Assembly: GCA_038746525.1 (NCBI GenBank) | Contig: JBCDKO010000002.1 | Coordinates: 1,733-65,732 of the forward strand | Direction: 5' to 3' | Source of the DNA: Bacteroidota bacterium | GTDB taxonomy: Bacteria > Bacteroidota > Bacteroidia > Cytophagales > Cyclobacteriaceae | Length of the DNA stretch: 64,000 bases | In this document: piece by piece, positions 26,814 through 38,487 of the stretch | Position numbering within the stretch: position 1 is the stretch's first letter | How the letters are laid out: every line of letters begins with the position of its first letter | Position numbers and translations under genes: made by a program | Notes under the pieces: model-generated | Database searches by the model: none | Seen by the model: only the letters and a program-made list of their open reading frames with translations | Told to the model about the DNA's origin: nothing

Positions 26814-28674
26814 CCACCTTTTCTACCCCAGACGTACCCTCTCTCTCAGCAATTTCGTTTTCATGCTCAAGATTAGATTCTGGGGTTCGTGAATATGGAA
26901 CTGTTTGAGGAATATAATCGTCTTTTGAACCTGGCTTACTGTAATCGTAGGGCCATCTATATACATTGGGTATTGCTCCGGTCCAGTTTCCATGTTGGGG
27001 ATATCTTGGTGTAGTCCACTCAAGTGTATTTGATTTCCAAGGGTTTGCAGGAGCAAGCTTTCCTCTAAATATGCTATAGAAAAAATTAAATAAGAAAATA
27101 AATTGTGCAGCGAATGTCAAGATTGCAGCTACACTAACAAGCGCATTAAGGTCACCATATATATTGAAGGTCTCAAATGAAGTGAATGAATAATACCTTC
27201 GTGGAAACCCTGCAATACCAATATAATGTAATGGGAAAAAGACTAAATAAATGCCTATAAAAGACAGCCAAAAATGGAATTTACCTAACCGGTCGTCCAT
27301 CATTCTTCCAAACATTTTTGGGAACCAATGATACACTCCTGCAACCAATCCAAAAAACGCTGCACTTCCCATTACCAAATGAAAATGTGCTACAACGAAA
27401 TATGTATCATGAAGATTGATATCAAGGACGGAGTTGCCAAGAAATAGCCCGGTAAGTCCACCAGAAATGAAGAAAGACACCAATCCAATAGAAAAGAGCA
27501 TGGCAGGAGTAAACACAATATTTCCTTTCCATAAAGTGGTGATATAATTAAAAGCTTTAATAGCAGAAGGAACAGCTATCACCAGTGTAAGGATAGTAAA
27601 GACTGAACCTAAAAATGGATTCATACCTGTTACAAACATATGATGCGCCCAAACAATAAATGATAAAAAGCCAATACCTAGCATGGAGCCGATCATAGCT
27701 TTGTAACCAAAAATTGGTTTTCTTGCATTTGTAGCTATAATTTCTGAAGTAATACCTAATGCTGGAAGTATAATTATGTAAACCTCTGGATGTCCTAAAA
27801 ACCAAAATAAATGTTGGTACAAAATCGGGCTTCCTCCGATGTTTGGGAGTGCTTCACCAGCAATATAGATCTCAGATAGATAAAAACTTGTCCCAAATGA
27901 CCTATCAAAGATTAAAAGTAAAGCCGCGGATAACAGAACTGGAAATGAAAGCAAACCCAAAATAGCAGTAATAAAAAAGGCCCAAATGGTCAAAGGAAGC
28001 CTTGAAAAGGACATCCCATTAGTTCTTAAATTAATGACAGTAGTAATATAATTGATCCCTCCTAATAAAGTAGAGGCAATAAATAATGCCATAGAAACTA
28101 ACCAGAGGGTCATTCCCATACCGGAACCTTGTATAGCTTGAGGCAAAGCGCTGAGTGGCGGGTAGATGGTCCATCCTCCCCCTGCAGGTCCTGTTTCAAT
28201 AAATAAGGAAATAAACATCACTACACTGGAGGCGACGAAAAACCAATAAGAGAGCATATTCATAAAACCTGAAGCCATATCTCTCGCTCCGATCTGCAGC
28301 GGAATCAAAAAGTTAGAAAAAGTACCACTTAATCCTGCAGTCAATACAAAAAATACCATAATTGTCCCATGCATTGTTACCAGCGCCAGATAAAACTCAG
28401 CGTCTAATTTTCCTGCATCCGTTATCCATTTACCCAGGATTGGTCTAAGCCATTCTAAATCCATATCAGGAAAACCAAGCTGTAACCTAAATATCAGGGA
28501 CAAACCTCCACCTATCAATGCCCAAAAAATACCCGTAATCAAGAATTGCTTACCTATAGTTTTGTGATCTGTAGAGAATATGTACTTTGTCACAAAACTT
28601 TGTTCATGGTGCTCATCATGATGATCGTCGTGATGGGCTAAATCTTCTTGAAGTTCTATATCCGTTATTGACAT
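26806..28674 (-). CDS. ctaD: Cytochrome c oxidase subunit I (A1 type)
   Basis: TMHGTIMVFF, FWFLGHPEVY, VWAHHMF, VVAHFH, GFPRRY. Confidence 0.98.
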   Translation of the reverse strand: MSITDIELQEDLAHHDDHHDEHHEQSFVTKYIFSTDHKTIGKQFLITGIFWALIGGGLSLIFRLQLGFPDMDLEWLRPILGKWITDAGKLDAEFYLALVTMHGTIMVFFVLTAGLSGTFSNFLIPLQIGARDMASGFMNMLSYWFFVASSVVMFISLFIETGPAGGGWTIYPPLSALPQAIQGSGMGMTLWLVSMALFIASTLLGGINYITTVINLRTNGMSFSRLPLTIWAFFITAILGLLSFPVLLSAALLLIFDRSFGTSFYLSEIYIAGEALPNIGGSPILYQHLFWFLGHPEVYIIILPALGITSEIIATNARKPIFGYKAMIGSMLGIGFLSFIVWAHHMFVTGMNPFLGSVFTILTLVIAVPSAIKAFNYITTLWKGNIVFTPAMLFSIGLVSFFISGGLTGLFLGNSVLDINLHDTYFVVAHFHLVMGSAAFFGLVAGVYHWFPKMFGRMMDDRLGKFHFWLSFIGIYLVFFPLHYIGIAGFPRRYYSFTSFETFNIYGDLNALVSVAAILTFAAQFIFLFNFFYSIFRGKLAPANPWKSNTLEWTTPRYPQHGNWTGAIPNVYRWPYDYSKPGSKDDYIPQTVPYSRTPESNLEHENEIAEREGTSGVEKVDV

Positions 28675-28681
28675 AATTTTT

Positions 28682-29779
28682 TTATTTAAAACTGCTAGAC
28701 ATGGTCACAACCTTTTGTTCGTTTGATGTATTCTCAATTCCTGAAGCAATTTTCGCAGCCTCTTTGAGATTATCTGGCACTTTGCTTATATAAGTAGGGT
28801 TTTGCTTGAGAAAAGTATTTTTCTGATTCTCTTTATACCAATCATCATATTCTTTTTGATCTAAAACCGTAATAATTCCTTTCATGCTGTAGTGTCCTTT
28901 CCCACAAATTTTGTTACAGACTAGTTCGTAATTGAAATCCGGATTACCCGTCGTTTCTCGCATTTCGGCTGTGCTCACCGAAGGCGTAAACCAAAGTCGT
29001 GTTGGCATTCCCGGTACAGCATTCATTTGGATTCTAAAGTGTGGATTATAAACACTATGAATGACATCTCTCCCTCTTATCTGAAGATGAACAGGTTTAC
29101 CTTTAGGAATAACAAGTTGTGTAGCCAAAAAATCGTCATGACCGTTTTGGTCAGAAAGATCAATGCCCAAAGCATTAATTGCATCAATTTTCCTAAAATC
29201 ATAGTCACCAAGTTCTTTATCTTTTCCCGGATACCTAAAGCCCCATGCGTATTGATAACCAACCACTTCAACGATTTCTGAATTTTCGGGAGCAGGGCCG
29301 GTAATTACATTCCATTGCTTGAGCCCCGAAATAATCAACCATGCGAGGACAATTGCTGGAACAATAGTCCAAACTAGCTCTAATGTATTGTTATGTGGAT
29401 AATAAGAAGCTTTGTTCTCTTTTTTATATCGATATTTCCAACCAAATCCAAACAAGAAAATTTGCGTGGCAATAAAGACGAATACTGTTATAGCCATAGT
29501 AATCCAGAACAAACGTTCTGTAACTACAGCGTGTTCGGATGCAATAGGCAAACTGTAAGTGTCATATTCTTTAACAGAGAAATAGAAAAATGCAGCAATA
29601 CCGACTACTAAGAATAACACCAAATAAACACCTTGACGGCTATTACTTTTAGGAACATCTAATCCATCTCCACTTTTTTTCTCTTTCTTAATGATATCTA
29701 CCAGAGTGGTTACTCTGTAAGCGGTAAATACAACTGCTATTATCAGGATTACTGTTATTATAATAATTAAATTCAACAT
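28682..29779 (-). CDS. ctaC: Cytochrome c oxidase subunit II
   Basis: LELVWTIVP, DVIHS, CuA motif CNKICGKGHYSM. Confidence 0.96.
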   Translation of the reverse strand: MLNLIIIITVILIIAVVFTAYRVTTLVDIIKKEKKSGDGLDVPKSNSRQGVYLVLFLVVGIAAFFYFSVKEYDTYSLPIASEHAVVTERLFWITMAITVFVFIATQIFLFGFGWKYRYKKENKASYYPHNNTLELVWTIVPAIVLAWLIISGLKQWNVITGPAPENSEIVEVVGYQYAWGFRYPGKDKELGDYDFRKIDAINALGIDLSDQNGHDDFLATQLVIPKGKPVHLQIRGRDVIHSVYNPHFRIQMNAVPGMPTRLWFTPSVSTAEMRETTGNPDFNYELVCNKICGKGHYSMKGIITVLDQKEYDDWYKENQKNTFLKQNPTYISKVPDNLKEAAKIASGIENTSNEQKVVTMSSSFK

Positions 29780-29796
29780 AATCTCATCTGCTACTA

Positions 29797-31311
29797 TTAA
29801 ATATGATGTTGAAGACTTTCCTGTAACATTGGATGATTCCTGGCGAAAAGTGAAGCTTTGGCAAGTGCGTTAAACACCACGAATAAGAAAGCACTTAAAT
29901 AAACTAAAATAATACCCAACTCCATAAATCCAAATCCACCATTTTCCCCTACAGTTCCAGGGGATATCATTAAATAGAAATCAATCCAATGTCCAAAAAC
30001 TACGATAGCTGCTACTACTTTTAAAATACGTGAATGTCGTTTTGAATCTCTTGTCATTAATAACAAGAATGGAAGAAAGAAGTTTAAGATCAAATTGATA
30101 AAAAAAACAGGTGCATAATGATCATTTTTCCATCGCTCTACGAAATAAATAGTCTCCTCTGGAATATGTGCATAATAGATCAAAAGAAATTGTGAAAACC
30201 ATACATAAGTCCAAAATATAGAGAATGCAAAAACGAACTTACTCATATCATGAATATGGTTTTCATTTACCACAGAAAGCAGTCCTTTATCCTTTAAGAA
30301 TAGAACAAGGAAGAGCGATAGCGCAAGGCCAGAAACCCACCAACTGGCAAATACGTACCAACCAAACATGGTACTAAACCAGTGCGGATCTACAGACATC
30401 ACCCAGTCCCATGCCGCAATAGATGAAGATACAGCAAAAAAGACTAAAAATATGGCTGAGATAGATCTGAGCCGGTACCACTTTCGTGTTCCTCCTTCGA
30501 GGTCTTCAGAAAATGCAAGCGCCCTTAATTTTCGGAAGAACAAATACCACACTAAGAAAAATATTATTAATCTGGCTACCCAGAAAAGCGGAAAAGAACC
30601 AGCTTCCAATGGGAAGAAGAAATAAGATGCTTTTCCCTGCATGATTTTATCAGGCTCAGGACCTGTATAAAGATCTGCATGCGTCCAATGGAATAAATCA
30701 TGGCCTCCGTATAAGAAAACCCCCAGTAAAGTCAAAAAAGCTATGGGCAACCATGCGCCGAAAGCAAAGGGAATTCGCTTTAACCCTGCCGACCAACCCG
30801 CTTGAGCAGCATATTGGATTGAGAAAAAAAAGACGCCGATGATAGATAATCCACCAAAGAATATGCTATTGATCCATAAGTTTGATAAAAACCTCTTTTT
30901 ATTGGGGCTTGCTCCATGATGGCCTCCATCACCATGATGACCTTCACTATTCTGGCTGTGCTTCACTTCTCCATGTCCATGCTCATATGACTTTTCATGA
31001 TTCTCATCATGCGAAGGTTCTTTAGCGTTTTCATCACCATATGGCTCCTCATCATGGTGGTCTTTACTTTCTTGAGAAACATTGTCATTATTGTGAGAAG
31101 CAAGTTCATTGGATACCCCTGCATCAATCTGATCCGATTCACCATATGGTGTTGCACTATGCGTATCATGGCCAACTTCAGAATGGGACTCTCCATCGCC
31201 ACTTCCAATGGTAAAGAATCCAATAACTGTTAAGATGATCCCAACGATAAATAGTGTTATGAGCCTCTTTTTGGCAGTTGATGTAAAGTCATACCTTTCC
31301 TCTAATACCAT
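29797..31311 (-). CDS. actF: Alternative complex III membrane subunit ActF with long His/acid-rich loop
   Basis: WDWVMSVDPHWFSTMFGWY, HIHDMSKFVFAFSIFWTYVWFSQFLLIYYAHIPEET. Confidence 0.9.
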   Translation of the reverse strand: MVLEERYDFTSTAKKRLITLFIVGIILTVIGFFTIGSGDGESHSEVGHDTHSATPYGESDQIDAGVSNELASHNNDNVSQESKDHHDEEPYGDENAKEPSHDENHEKSYEHGHGEVKHSQNSEGHHGDGGHHGASPNKKRFLSNLWINSIFFGGLSIIGVFFFSIQYAAQAGWSAGLKRIPFAFGAWLPIAFLTLLGVFLYGGHDLFHWTHADLYTGPEPDKIMQGKASYFFFPLEAGSFPLFWVARLIIFFLVWYLFFRKLRALAFSEDLEGGTRKWYRLRSISAIFLVFFAVSSSIAAWDWVMSVDPHWFSTMFGWYVFASWWVSGLALSLFLVLFLKDKGLLSVVNENHIHDMSKFVFAFSIFWTYVWFSQFLLIYYAHIPEETIYFVERWKNDHYAPVFFINLILNFFLPFLLLMTRDSKRHSRILKVVAAIVVFGHWIDFYLMISPGTVGENGGFGFMELGIILVYLSAFLFVVFNALAKASLFARNHPMLQESLQHHI

Positions 31312-31319
31312 TCTTTGAC

Positions 31320-31949
31320 TTAGTTTGCGTTTTGCATTTCTTTAACATACTTTGCGATTCTCCATCTATCTTCTAAACTAATTTGAGACCCATGAGCACC
31401 CATGAGTCCTTTTCCGTAAGTAATGACATGTACAATGTGACCTTCCGTAATATTCAAATATGCGGCTCCATTTAAGTTTGCTACACCGGCATATTTTTCT
31501 GCAACTAAACCATCACCGGCTCCTTTGGCACCGTGACAATGCTCACAGAATCTGTCGTACAATACTTTACCCTCCTTAAGAACATCTTCATTTCGCAATG
31601 AGTCAAATGGGCTCACCCAATTTGTTGCTGCCATTTCAAGCTCTTTTTCATTGAAATCTTTTTGGAGTATCGTTCCGCGTTTTATCGTATTGGTAACAGG
31701 CCTTCTCATAGTCATACTATGAGGATTATACGGGTTAGAATTATAAAATTCACTATGACCATCTTCTTCATTGGAATCAAGCCAGGATCCAAAGTCCTTA
31801 TCGGTTATTTGTGTCAATGGCTCGTAGGGAGTAGTATGATACATCTGCGGTGCATATTCTATACCCGTATTATCGGGTCCTGCAGCGCAGGATGATAGTA
31901 AAATACCGATTGCCAATACAATAGAATATTTGAACAACCTATCAACCAT
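31320..31949 (-). CDS. actE: Alternative complex III monoheme cytochrome c lipoprotein ActE
   Basis: Lipobox LLSSC, YAPQMY, CEHCH, MGAHGSQ. Confidence 0.92.
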   Translation of the reverse strand: MVDRLFKYSIVLAIGILLSSCAAGPDNTGIEYAPQMYHTTPYEPLTQITDKDFGSWLDSNEEDGHSEFYNSNPYNPHSMTMRRPVTNTIKRGTILQKDFNEKELEMAATNWVSPFDSLRNEDVLKEGKVLYDRFCEHCHGAKGAGDGLVAEKYAGVANLNGAAYLNITEGHIVHVITYGKGLMGAHGSQISLEDRWRIAKYVKEMQNAN

Positions 31950-31951
31950 AG

Positions 31952-32479
31952 TTATCCAAATTTTTTGTAATTAACTTCTACTGCACCACTAATTTGCAAT
32001 GCTTTCTTAATATCAGTTTCTACAATATTGTTTTTATCCAAATCAATAGCCATTACATGTTTATCATCCGTGATTCGAATATCATAAATTCTTGGCTTCC
32101 CCCAGGGTTTCAGATTCGTAATTCCAAAAAAAGTGCCAACCATTCCAAAAGAGGCAAGTAAAACCGTCATTTCAAATGTTACCGGAACGAAAGATGGAAA
32201 CGGTAAATAATCTTTACCGCCAATGATCATAGGCCAGTCTACATACATCATTCCAATTTGCATAACGAGGGCTAGACTAGTACCTGTTATTCCAAAAAGG
32301 AATGCTGCGATAGAAAGCCAACTTCTCTTTATTCCCAATGCATCAGAAAGTCCATGAACAGGGAATGGAGAGTAAACTTCTTCTATTTTAACACCCTTTT
32401 CCCGAACTTTCTTAACAGCAGACAGTAAGACATCTTCATCGTCATAAACACCTAATACATAACTTGTTCCTTGCGCCAT
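31952..32479 (-). CDS. actD: Alternative complex III subunit ActD (DUF3341)
   Basis: EVYSPFPVHGL, DWPMIIGGK, FVPVTFEMTVL. Confidence 0.93.
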   Translation of the reverse strand: MAQGTSYVLGVYDDEDVLLSAVKKVREKGVKIEEVYSPFPVHGLSDALGIKRSWLSIAAFLFGITGTSLALVMQIGMMYVDWPMIIGGKDYLPFPSFVPVTFEMTVLLASFGMVGTFFGITNLKPWGKPRIYDIRITDDKHVMAIDLDKNNIVETDIKKALQISGAVEVNYKKFG

Positions 32480-32480
32480 A

Positions 32481-33920
32481 TTATTTTTCTGATTTTATCC
32501 GCTCACCTGTTGCTTTAACAATACTTTTTACCTCTGCCATGTTAATCACAGGGAAAAATTTTGCAAACAAGAAAAACGCAGTAAAAAACAAACCAAAAGT
32601 GAATACATAAACTCCTATATCATTCCATGTTGGGTAAAACATGGCCCAACTAGATGGTAAGAAGTCTCTGTGCAGTGAGGTAACAATGATAACAAATCGT
32701 TCAAACCACATTCCAATATTCACGATTATCGATATAATAAAAGTAGCTGCAAGATTTGTTCGTATCTTTTTGAACCAGAACAGTTGAGGCGAGATCACAT
32801 TACACGTCATCATTGACCAATAAGCCCACCAGTAAGGACCTGTCGCTCTATTTATGAACGCATACTGTTCTGCCTCCACCCCAGAGTACCATGCGATAAA
32901 AAATTCTGTTATATACGCTATACCAACGATTGAACCTGTTACAATTATCACAATATTCATCAGTTCAATATGCTGCATGGTAATATAATCTTCTAACTTA
33001 TACACCTTCCTGGTTACAATCAATAACGTTAATACCATCGCAAAACCTGAGAAGATCGCTCCTGCCACAAAATACGGTGGGAAAATAGTAGTATGCCATC
33101 CCGGTATCACTGATGTAGCAAAATCGAATGATACGATAGTATGCACAGAAAGTACAAGCGGAGTTGCCAAACCTGCAAGTATTAGTGCAACTGTTTCGTA
33201 GTGCTCCCACGCTCTGGCCGCTCCGGTCCATCCAAAACTCAGCGCTCCATAAATAATCTTTGATATCTTATTTTTTGCTCTATCTCTTATAGTAGCAAAA
33301 TCAGGTATTAATCCTATGAACCAAAAAACTAAAGAAACCGAAAAATAAGTAGAAATGGCAAATACATCCCATAATAGAGGCGAGTTAAAATTAACCCAGA
33401 GGGATCCATATGTATTAGGCAAAGGAAATACCCAAAGGATTCCAATCCATGGTCTACCCATGTGTAATAATGGATACTGAGCTGCACATATTACAGCAAA
33501 TATCGTCATCGCCTCAGCTGCTCTGTTGATAGACATTCTCCATCTCTGTCTAAAGAGTAATAAAACAGCAGATATTAGCGTTCCTGCGTGTCCGATACCT
33601 ACCCACCAAACAAAGTTGGTGATATCCCAAGCCCATCCAACAGTCTTATTTAATCCCCACGAACCAATTCCTTCCCATAAAAGAATAAACACCGCATAAA
33701 TACCTATTAATAACAAGCCTAATGAAACTGCCATTGCAAGCATCCAGGTAAGTGTAGGTTTTTGTTCTACTCTGGTTGCAATATCTTCTGTAACATCATG
33801 AACAGTCTTTCCTCCAGTTACCAGTGGAATACGAACTTTGGCCTCAGAATGGCCGGCCTCGTGGGGGATATCTACTTCTTTTTCTTTCTCTGGTGCTAAT
33901 GAAATTGTAGCTTCAGCCAT
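32481..33920 (-). CDS. actC: Alternative complex III NrfD-like subunit ActC
   Basis: [62 protein letters not shown]. Confidence 0.96.
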   Translation of the reverse strand: MAEATISLAPEKEKEVDIPHEAGHSEAKVRIPLVTGGKTVHDVTEDIATRVEQKPTLTWMLAMAVSLGLLLIGIYAVFILLWEGIGSWGLNKTVGWAWDITNFVWWVGIGHAGTLISAVLLLFRQRWRMSINRAAEAMTIFAVICAAQYPLLHMGRPWIGILWVFPLPNTYGSLWVNFNSPLLWDVFAISTYFSVSLVFWFIGLIPDFATIRDRAKNKISKIIYGALSFGWTGAARAWEHYETVALILAGLATPLVLSVHTIVSFDFATSVIPGWHTTIFPPYFVAGAIFSGFAMVLTLLIVTRKVYKLEDYITMQHIELMNIVIIVTGSIVGIAYITEFFIAWYSGVEAEQYAFINRATGPYWWAYWSMMTCNVISPQLFWFKKIRTNLAATFIISIIVNIGMWFERFVIIVTSLHRDFLPSSWAMFYPTWNDIGVYVFTFGLFFTAFFLFAKFFPVINMAEVKSIVKATGERIKSEK

Positions 33921-36900
33921 TATGCTTCTATTTTATCGTTTTCATCTTTATTTCTCACTTTGGTAAGGTACCAAATATTTGGCATTACTCTTAATTCCTC
34001 AAGTACATGATAGGCTCGCGGCTCTTGTGCCTCAACACCATTTTTCATTTCCTTTATTTTCAGCGCTTTGGAGATTCTGCTATCCGGATCTTTCATATCT
34101 CCAAAAATCATCGCATCTGAAGGACACGAATTTGTACAAGCCATTTCAAAATCGCCGTCTTTCGGACGCCTTCTTTCTAATTTGGCTTTAAGCTTGCCTG
34201 CTTGTATTCGCTGCACACAGAACGTACACTTCTCCATAACCCCTCTTGCTCTTACTGTCACATCTGGATTCAAAACCATCTTACCCAGATCATTGTTCAT
34301 GGCCAGGTTTTTATCGAATTTTTCGTTATCATGATATTTAAACCAGTTAAATCTTCGCACTTTGTATGGACAATTATTGGCACAATATCTTGTTCCTATA
34401 CATCTATTGTAAGTCATTTGGTTCAGACCTTCACTACTGTGTGTGGTAGCGGCTACCGGACACACTGTTTCACAAGGGGCACTGTTACACTGTTGACACA
34501 TCATCGGCTGAAAAACGACTTCAGGATTTTCTGCAGCAAGTTCTTTCTGCTTCACCGTCATCATCTTTTTATCTTCATCCGTCAATTCATCCTCAGGTCT
34601 TGAACTATAATATCGGTCAATGCGTATCCAATGCATTTCTCTGCGATTTAATACCTCCTCTTTTCCAACAACCGGGATATTATTCTCAACCTGGCAAGCG
34701 ACAATACAAGTACCGCATCCGGTGCAAGAATTGAGGTCTACCATCATTCCCCAATGATGATTGGCATATTCATGACCTTTCCAAAGTGAAACTGCATAGG
34801 GCTTTAGCTTGTCCCCTGAAGCAGCAGATATCTTAGGCGTATTTCTACCTGCCTGTGGGTCTTTTTGATATTCTTTTAATGTGGCTTCCTGTATCACATT
34901 TTCTCGTCCTGCAAAGGTTTGACTCGTTTGGGTTTGGGCTACCTTTTGTTGTTCATCAGATACCTCAAACTTAACATTTGAAACGGAATAGTCAAGACCC
35001 GTATTTGATGAAACGATTAAAGGATACGCATTTACTCCAATTTTATTCCCTACTTTCCCAGCTTTTGTTCGTCCATAACCTAGCGCCAGTCCAATCGTGT
35101 TGTACGCTTGACCAGGTTGTGATATGACAGGGGCAGAAACAGAAACTCCATTCGCCGTCAGAGTAGCAATTTTGAAGTCCATATCCCCATTTTTAACTTC
35201 CCAACCGTTTTCTCTAGCTTGACGAGGCGAAACAGTGAAATAATTATCCCAACAAGCTTTAGTGATAGGGTCGGGCATCTCTTGAAGCCAAGGATTGTTA
35301 GCCTGGACTCCATCACCAATAGAAGAATTTGCATATAAAACGAGATCCATTCCCGAGGATGGATTAAAGAGTGAGGTGTTATTACCCATAGAAACAACAT
35401 CAACAGATACTTGTAAGGGATTATCCTCCATTCCGGTTTCTAAAACTCCATCCATCAGGCTTTTCTTCCAAAACATTTCAAAATCTGAAGTGCTGTAACC
35501 TTTCCACTGTTCTTTTAAAAAGTCGTAATAACTCGTATTATTATCACTCCATCTTAAAAAAGATTCTTGAGCTTGTCTTGTATTGAAAATATTGCTGATA
35601 GCAGGTTGTGCGAGAGATAAATGCCCGGTAATTGGTTCGTAATCATTCCAGGACTCCAGGTAATGGTTATCTGGTGCAATATACTTAACAGAACTGGTTG
35701 TCTCATCCATCCGGTCTGAAGTGGAAATAGTAGTTTTTACTCGTCCAAGTGAGTTGATTAATTTAGAACCCAACACATGATCATAAGCTGGATTACAGTT
35801 ATAGAAGATTACTGTGTCTACCTGTCCTGCCTTAACATCATTGATAAATGCTTCAAAACGTCTATCGCTACCTTTTCTGGTATTAAATACCGTTGATAAA
35901 TCGATGGTATTTCCATAATTCCCTAAAAGGTCGTTTATTGCTATTACCAGAAGTTGAATGTTCACATCATTAGAACCGCTAACTACCAGAGATTTACCTC
36001 GTGATCTTAGTAAATCATTAGCGGCCTTTTGAAGCATTGCTGAATCATCAATTTTCTTTATTTTGATAAGATCGGCGTTTAGCTTCGATGCAAGTAAATT
36101 GTAAAGATTTGCAGCGTAAAGTGCTTCCTCAGAAGGCTTAATTGGCTGTCTATAATCTGCGTTAGATCCAGTTAAAGACAGGTTGGATTCGAATGCATAC
36201 AACCTGGACATGTCTTTTTTATCCGAACCTAGCTGTCTGGTCTGGACAAATTGCCCATTGGCAAGTTGATGACTCGGCCAACAGTTAAGAAAATCTGATG
36301 CCAGGGAAACAATGGTTTTTGCCTTCGAAAAGTCATGCATAGGGAATATACGCTGACTGGTTGCACGTTCATAAGCATCTAAAAGACCACTCACAGAAAC
36401 AGGATCATATTGAATATGCTCTACTTCACCGAATTTATTCCTTAATTCTTGAATCGCACGTGTGGTACTTGGACTACAATTAGAATAAGAAACGATCGAA
36501 ATTTTCTCTGTATTTGCTGCTAGTTCCGATTTTATTTGATTGTCAAGAGAATCCCAATCCGTATTCTCCCCATTTACTTTCGGGTTTTGTAATCTTTCGG
36601 CGTCGTACAGAGAAAGAATAGAGGCTTCAATTTGAGCAGATGTTCCGCATCCAGTCATTTTTGAGAGTAAGTTTCCCTCTATCTTAATGGGCCGACCCTC
36701 ACGTGTTCTAACAACTACGCTGGTGACGTCATTACCCATTGCATAAGTTGAAGCATATAAATTTGGTATACCAGGGTCAACTTCTTCAGGTTTGTTAACG
36801 TAAGGAATGGCTTTTCTTACCGGAGCTTCACAGGCTGCCATTGAAACTGCCGCAATACTAAAACCCATCATTTTTAAGAAATCTCTTCTAGATGGTTCTC

Positions 36901-37018
36901 CTTTATCGTTCCCATTAATTGGGAGATATTCAGGGAATTCTTTTAAGGCGCGTTCTTGGAACTCAGGTGAATTATCAAGTTCTTCTAATCCCTTCCAGTA
37001 TATTTTAGTTTCTCTCAT
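33920..37018 (-). CDS. actB: Alternative complex III subunit ActB (molybdopterin-oxidoreductase-like plus Fe-S)
   Basis: Tat motif SRRDFLK then lipobox MAAC; [41 protein letters not shown]. Confidence 0.96.
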   Translation of the reverse strand: MRETKIYWKGLEELDNSPEFQERALKEFPEYLPINGNDKGEPSRRDFLKMMGFSIAAVSMAACEAPVRKAIPYVNKPEEVDPGIPNLYASTYAMGNDVTSVVVRTREGRPIKIEGNLLSKMTGCGTSAQIEASILSLYDAERLQNPKVNGENTDWDSLDNQIKSELAANTEKISIVSYSNCSPSTTRAIQELRNKFGEVEHIQYDPVSVSGLLDAYERATSQRIFPMHDFSKAKTIVSLASDFLNCWPSHQLANGQFVQTRQLGSDKKDMSRLYAFESNLSLTGSNADYRQPIKPSEEALYAANLYNLLASKLNADLIKIKKIDDSAMLQKAANDLLRSRGKSLVVSGSNDVNIQLLVIAINDLLGNYGNTIDLSTVFNTRKGSDRRFEAFINDVKAGQVDTVIFYNCNPAYDHVLGSKLINSLGRVKTTISTSDRMDETTSSVKYIAPDNHYLESWNDYEPITGHLSLAQPAISNIFNTRQAQESFLRWSDNNTSYYDFLKEQWKGYSTSDFEMFWKKSLMDGVLETGMEDNPLQVSVDVVSMGNNTSLFNPSSGMDLVLYANSSIGDGVQANNPWLQEMPDPITKACWDNYFTVSPRQARENGWEVKNGDMDFKIATLTANGVSVSAPVISQPGQAYNTIGLALGYGRTKAGKVGNKIGVNAYPLIVSSNTGLDYSVSNVKFEVSDEQQKVAQTQTSQTFAGRENVIQEATLKEYQKDPQAGRNTPKISAASGDKLKPYAVSLWKGHEYANHHWGMMVDLNSCTGCGTCIVACQVENNIPVVGKEEVLNRREMHWIRIDRYYSSRPEDELTDEDKKMMTVKQKELAAENPEVVFQPMMCQQCNSAPCETVCPVAATTHSSEGLNQMTYNRCIGTRYCANNCPYKVRRFNWFKYHDNEKFDKNLAMNNDLGKMVLNPDVTVRARGVMEKCTFCVQRIQAGKLKAKLERRRPKDGDFEMACTNSCPSDAMIFGDMKDPDSRISKALKIKEMKNGVEAQEPRAYHVLEELRVMPNIWYLTKVRNKDENDKIEA

Positions 37019-37036
37019 CTTATCCTGTCCACTTCT

Positions 37037-38293
37037 TTAATAATGGCACTTAGCACATTCCAAACCTCCTATATCTTCTACTTTCATCGGATCCTTACTC
37101 TGTTCAGAATGTAATTTCACTAACTTATCGTAATATTCGTTACCCTTTGTGTTCAATTCAGTTTCTCTATGACAATTAATACACCATCCCATAGTTAGGG
37201 TAGAATATTGATAGACAACTTCCATTTCCTCTATGGGTCCATGACATGTCTGACATTCCAGCTCAGCCACATTCACGTGTTGAGAATGATTGAAATATGC
37301 CAGATCAGGTAAATTATGAACTCTTACCCATTCAATTGGCTTGGTATCTTCGCCGTATGTTTTCGAATTAGGATCATAGTCAATAGCAGCATATATTTTT
37401 TGAATCTCCTCTGATTCCGTCTTAATCTGCGTATGACAATTCATACAGATATTAGGAGAAGGAATATTTGCAGATTTTGATTTTCTTACTCCTGTGTGAC
37501 AATATTGACAATCTATTTCATATTGACCTGCATGTAACTTATGTGAAAAAGCGATTGGTTGAGTTGGCTGATAACCTTGCTGAACACCTATAGTAAAAGC
37601 TCCATCAATCAATGTTTTTAAAATAATGATGGTAACAATGAATACTACGGTTCCCAAGAAGGAGTTGCTTTTAACAAAATCACCAAACGAAAAACTTTGG
37701 CTTACTATCTCTTCTTGATCTTCATCAAGATCCTTCTCTTTTAAATAATTGATGAGCGTTCTTATAGCAACACTTAATGCTGCAAGAGCGAGAATTAAAA
37801 CAACAATCAGGATAACGATGATCGCTATTAAATAGGATGATGAGACTGAATCTCCGGATCCTTGTCCTCCACCACCTTCTGCAACTACAACTTCTTCTTT
37901 TGGTGGCCCTGCGTCTGTTTCTGCTTTTATGTAAGCAATCAATTCCATTACCTGCTCATCTGTAAATGGATAAGCGGGCATAACGGTTGGCTGGTATTCC
38001 TCCCAAAGAGCAACTGCCTGTTCGTCTCCAGACGCAATAAGTGCCTGAGAATTTTTAATCCAGGCATTCAACCACTCTATAGATCTTCTTTCATAAACTC
38101 CATTTAAGGCAGGACCTAGTTTAACTTCCCAAATCTGATGACATTGCGTACAGTTGGCTTTGTAATTAGCTTCACCTGCTGATATGATTGCTTGGTCAGT
38201 AGGTATTTCTTGCGCTGAAGAACTTAATAATACGGTATATACAAGAGTAATAGTGAAAAAGGCTCTCGCTGAAATCAGTGTTCTTTTTAGCAT
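37037..38293 (-). CDS. actA: Alternative complex III multiheme cytochrome c ActA (1+5 hemes)
   Basis: Six CxxCH: CTQCH, CQYCH, CMNCH, CQTCH, CINCH, CAKCH. Start set at 38293 (MLKRTL) because a -7 element lies inside the longer ORF-track extension. Confidence 0.93.
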   Translation of the reverse strand: MLKRTLISARAFFTITLVYTVLLSSSAQEIPTDQAIISAGEANYKANCTQCHQIWEVKLGPALNGVYERRSIEWLNAWIKNSQALIASGDEQAVALWEEYQPTVMPAYPFTDEQVMELIAYIKAETDAGPPKEEVVVAEGGGGQGSGDSVSSSYLIAIIVILIVVLILALAALSVAIRTLINYLKEKDLDEDQEEIVSQSFSFGDFVKSNSFLGTVVFIVTIIILKTLIDGAFTIGVQQGYQPTQPIAFSHKLHAGQYEIDCQYCHTGVRKSKSANIPSPNICMNCHTQIKTESEEIQKIYAAIDYDPNSKTYGEDTKPIEWVRVHNLPDLAYFNHSQHVNVAELECQTCHGPIEEMEVVYQYSTLTMGWCINCHRETELNTKGNEYYDKLVKLHSEQSKDPMKVEDIGGLECAKCHY

Positions 38294-38323
38294 GTATTTT
38301 GATGACTTGAAATCCATCGACGA

Positions 38324-38331
38324 CAAAAGTA
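38324..38331 (-). promoter_or_regulatory. Bacteroidota -7 element for the act-cox operon
   Basis: TACTTTTG on minus strand fits TAnnTTTG, 31 bp upstream of ATG 38293. Confidence 0.5.
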
Positions 38332-38451
38332 ATATGGGGGTGCTGTTTTTCATAAGATAGGTGAACTGAGTCCTCCTACCCCATGCAGTTTGGATACTTA
38401 ATCAACTAATAATCAATACTTTATACTGAAATAGAAAGGTTTATATGCTGC

Positions 38452-38472
38452 TATTTAGAATCATTTTAAATA
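38452..38472. promoter_or_regulatory. Near-palindromic Fur-box-like site upstream of actA
   Basis: TATTTAGAATCATTTTAAATA; central 19-mer matches ATTTAGAATTATTCTAAAT at 17/19. Confidence 0.65.
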
Positions 38473-38487
38473 AAAAATAGTGATTGC

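Noticed and set aside
26470-28930. Non-canonical motifs: CNKICG in CuA (K for E) and EYINR in heme A synthase (N for H)
   Set aside because: As I recall these are the usual Bacteroidota variants, not peculiar to this genome
21960-38293. ACIII-aa3 supercomplex operon as the novel system
   Set aside because: Well characterised in Flavobacterium johnsoniae and Rhodothermus; only its deviations are reported
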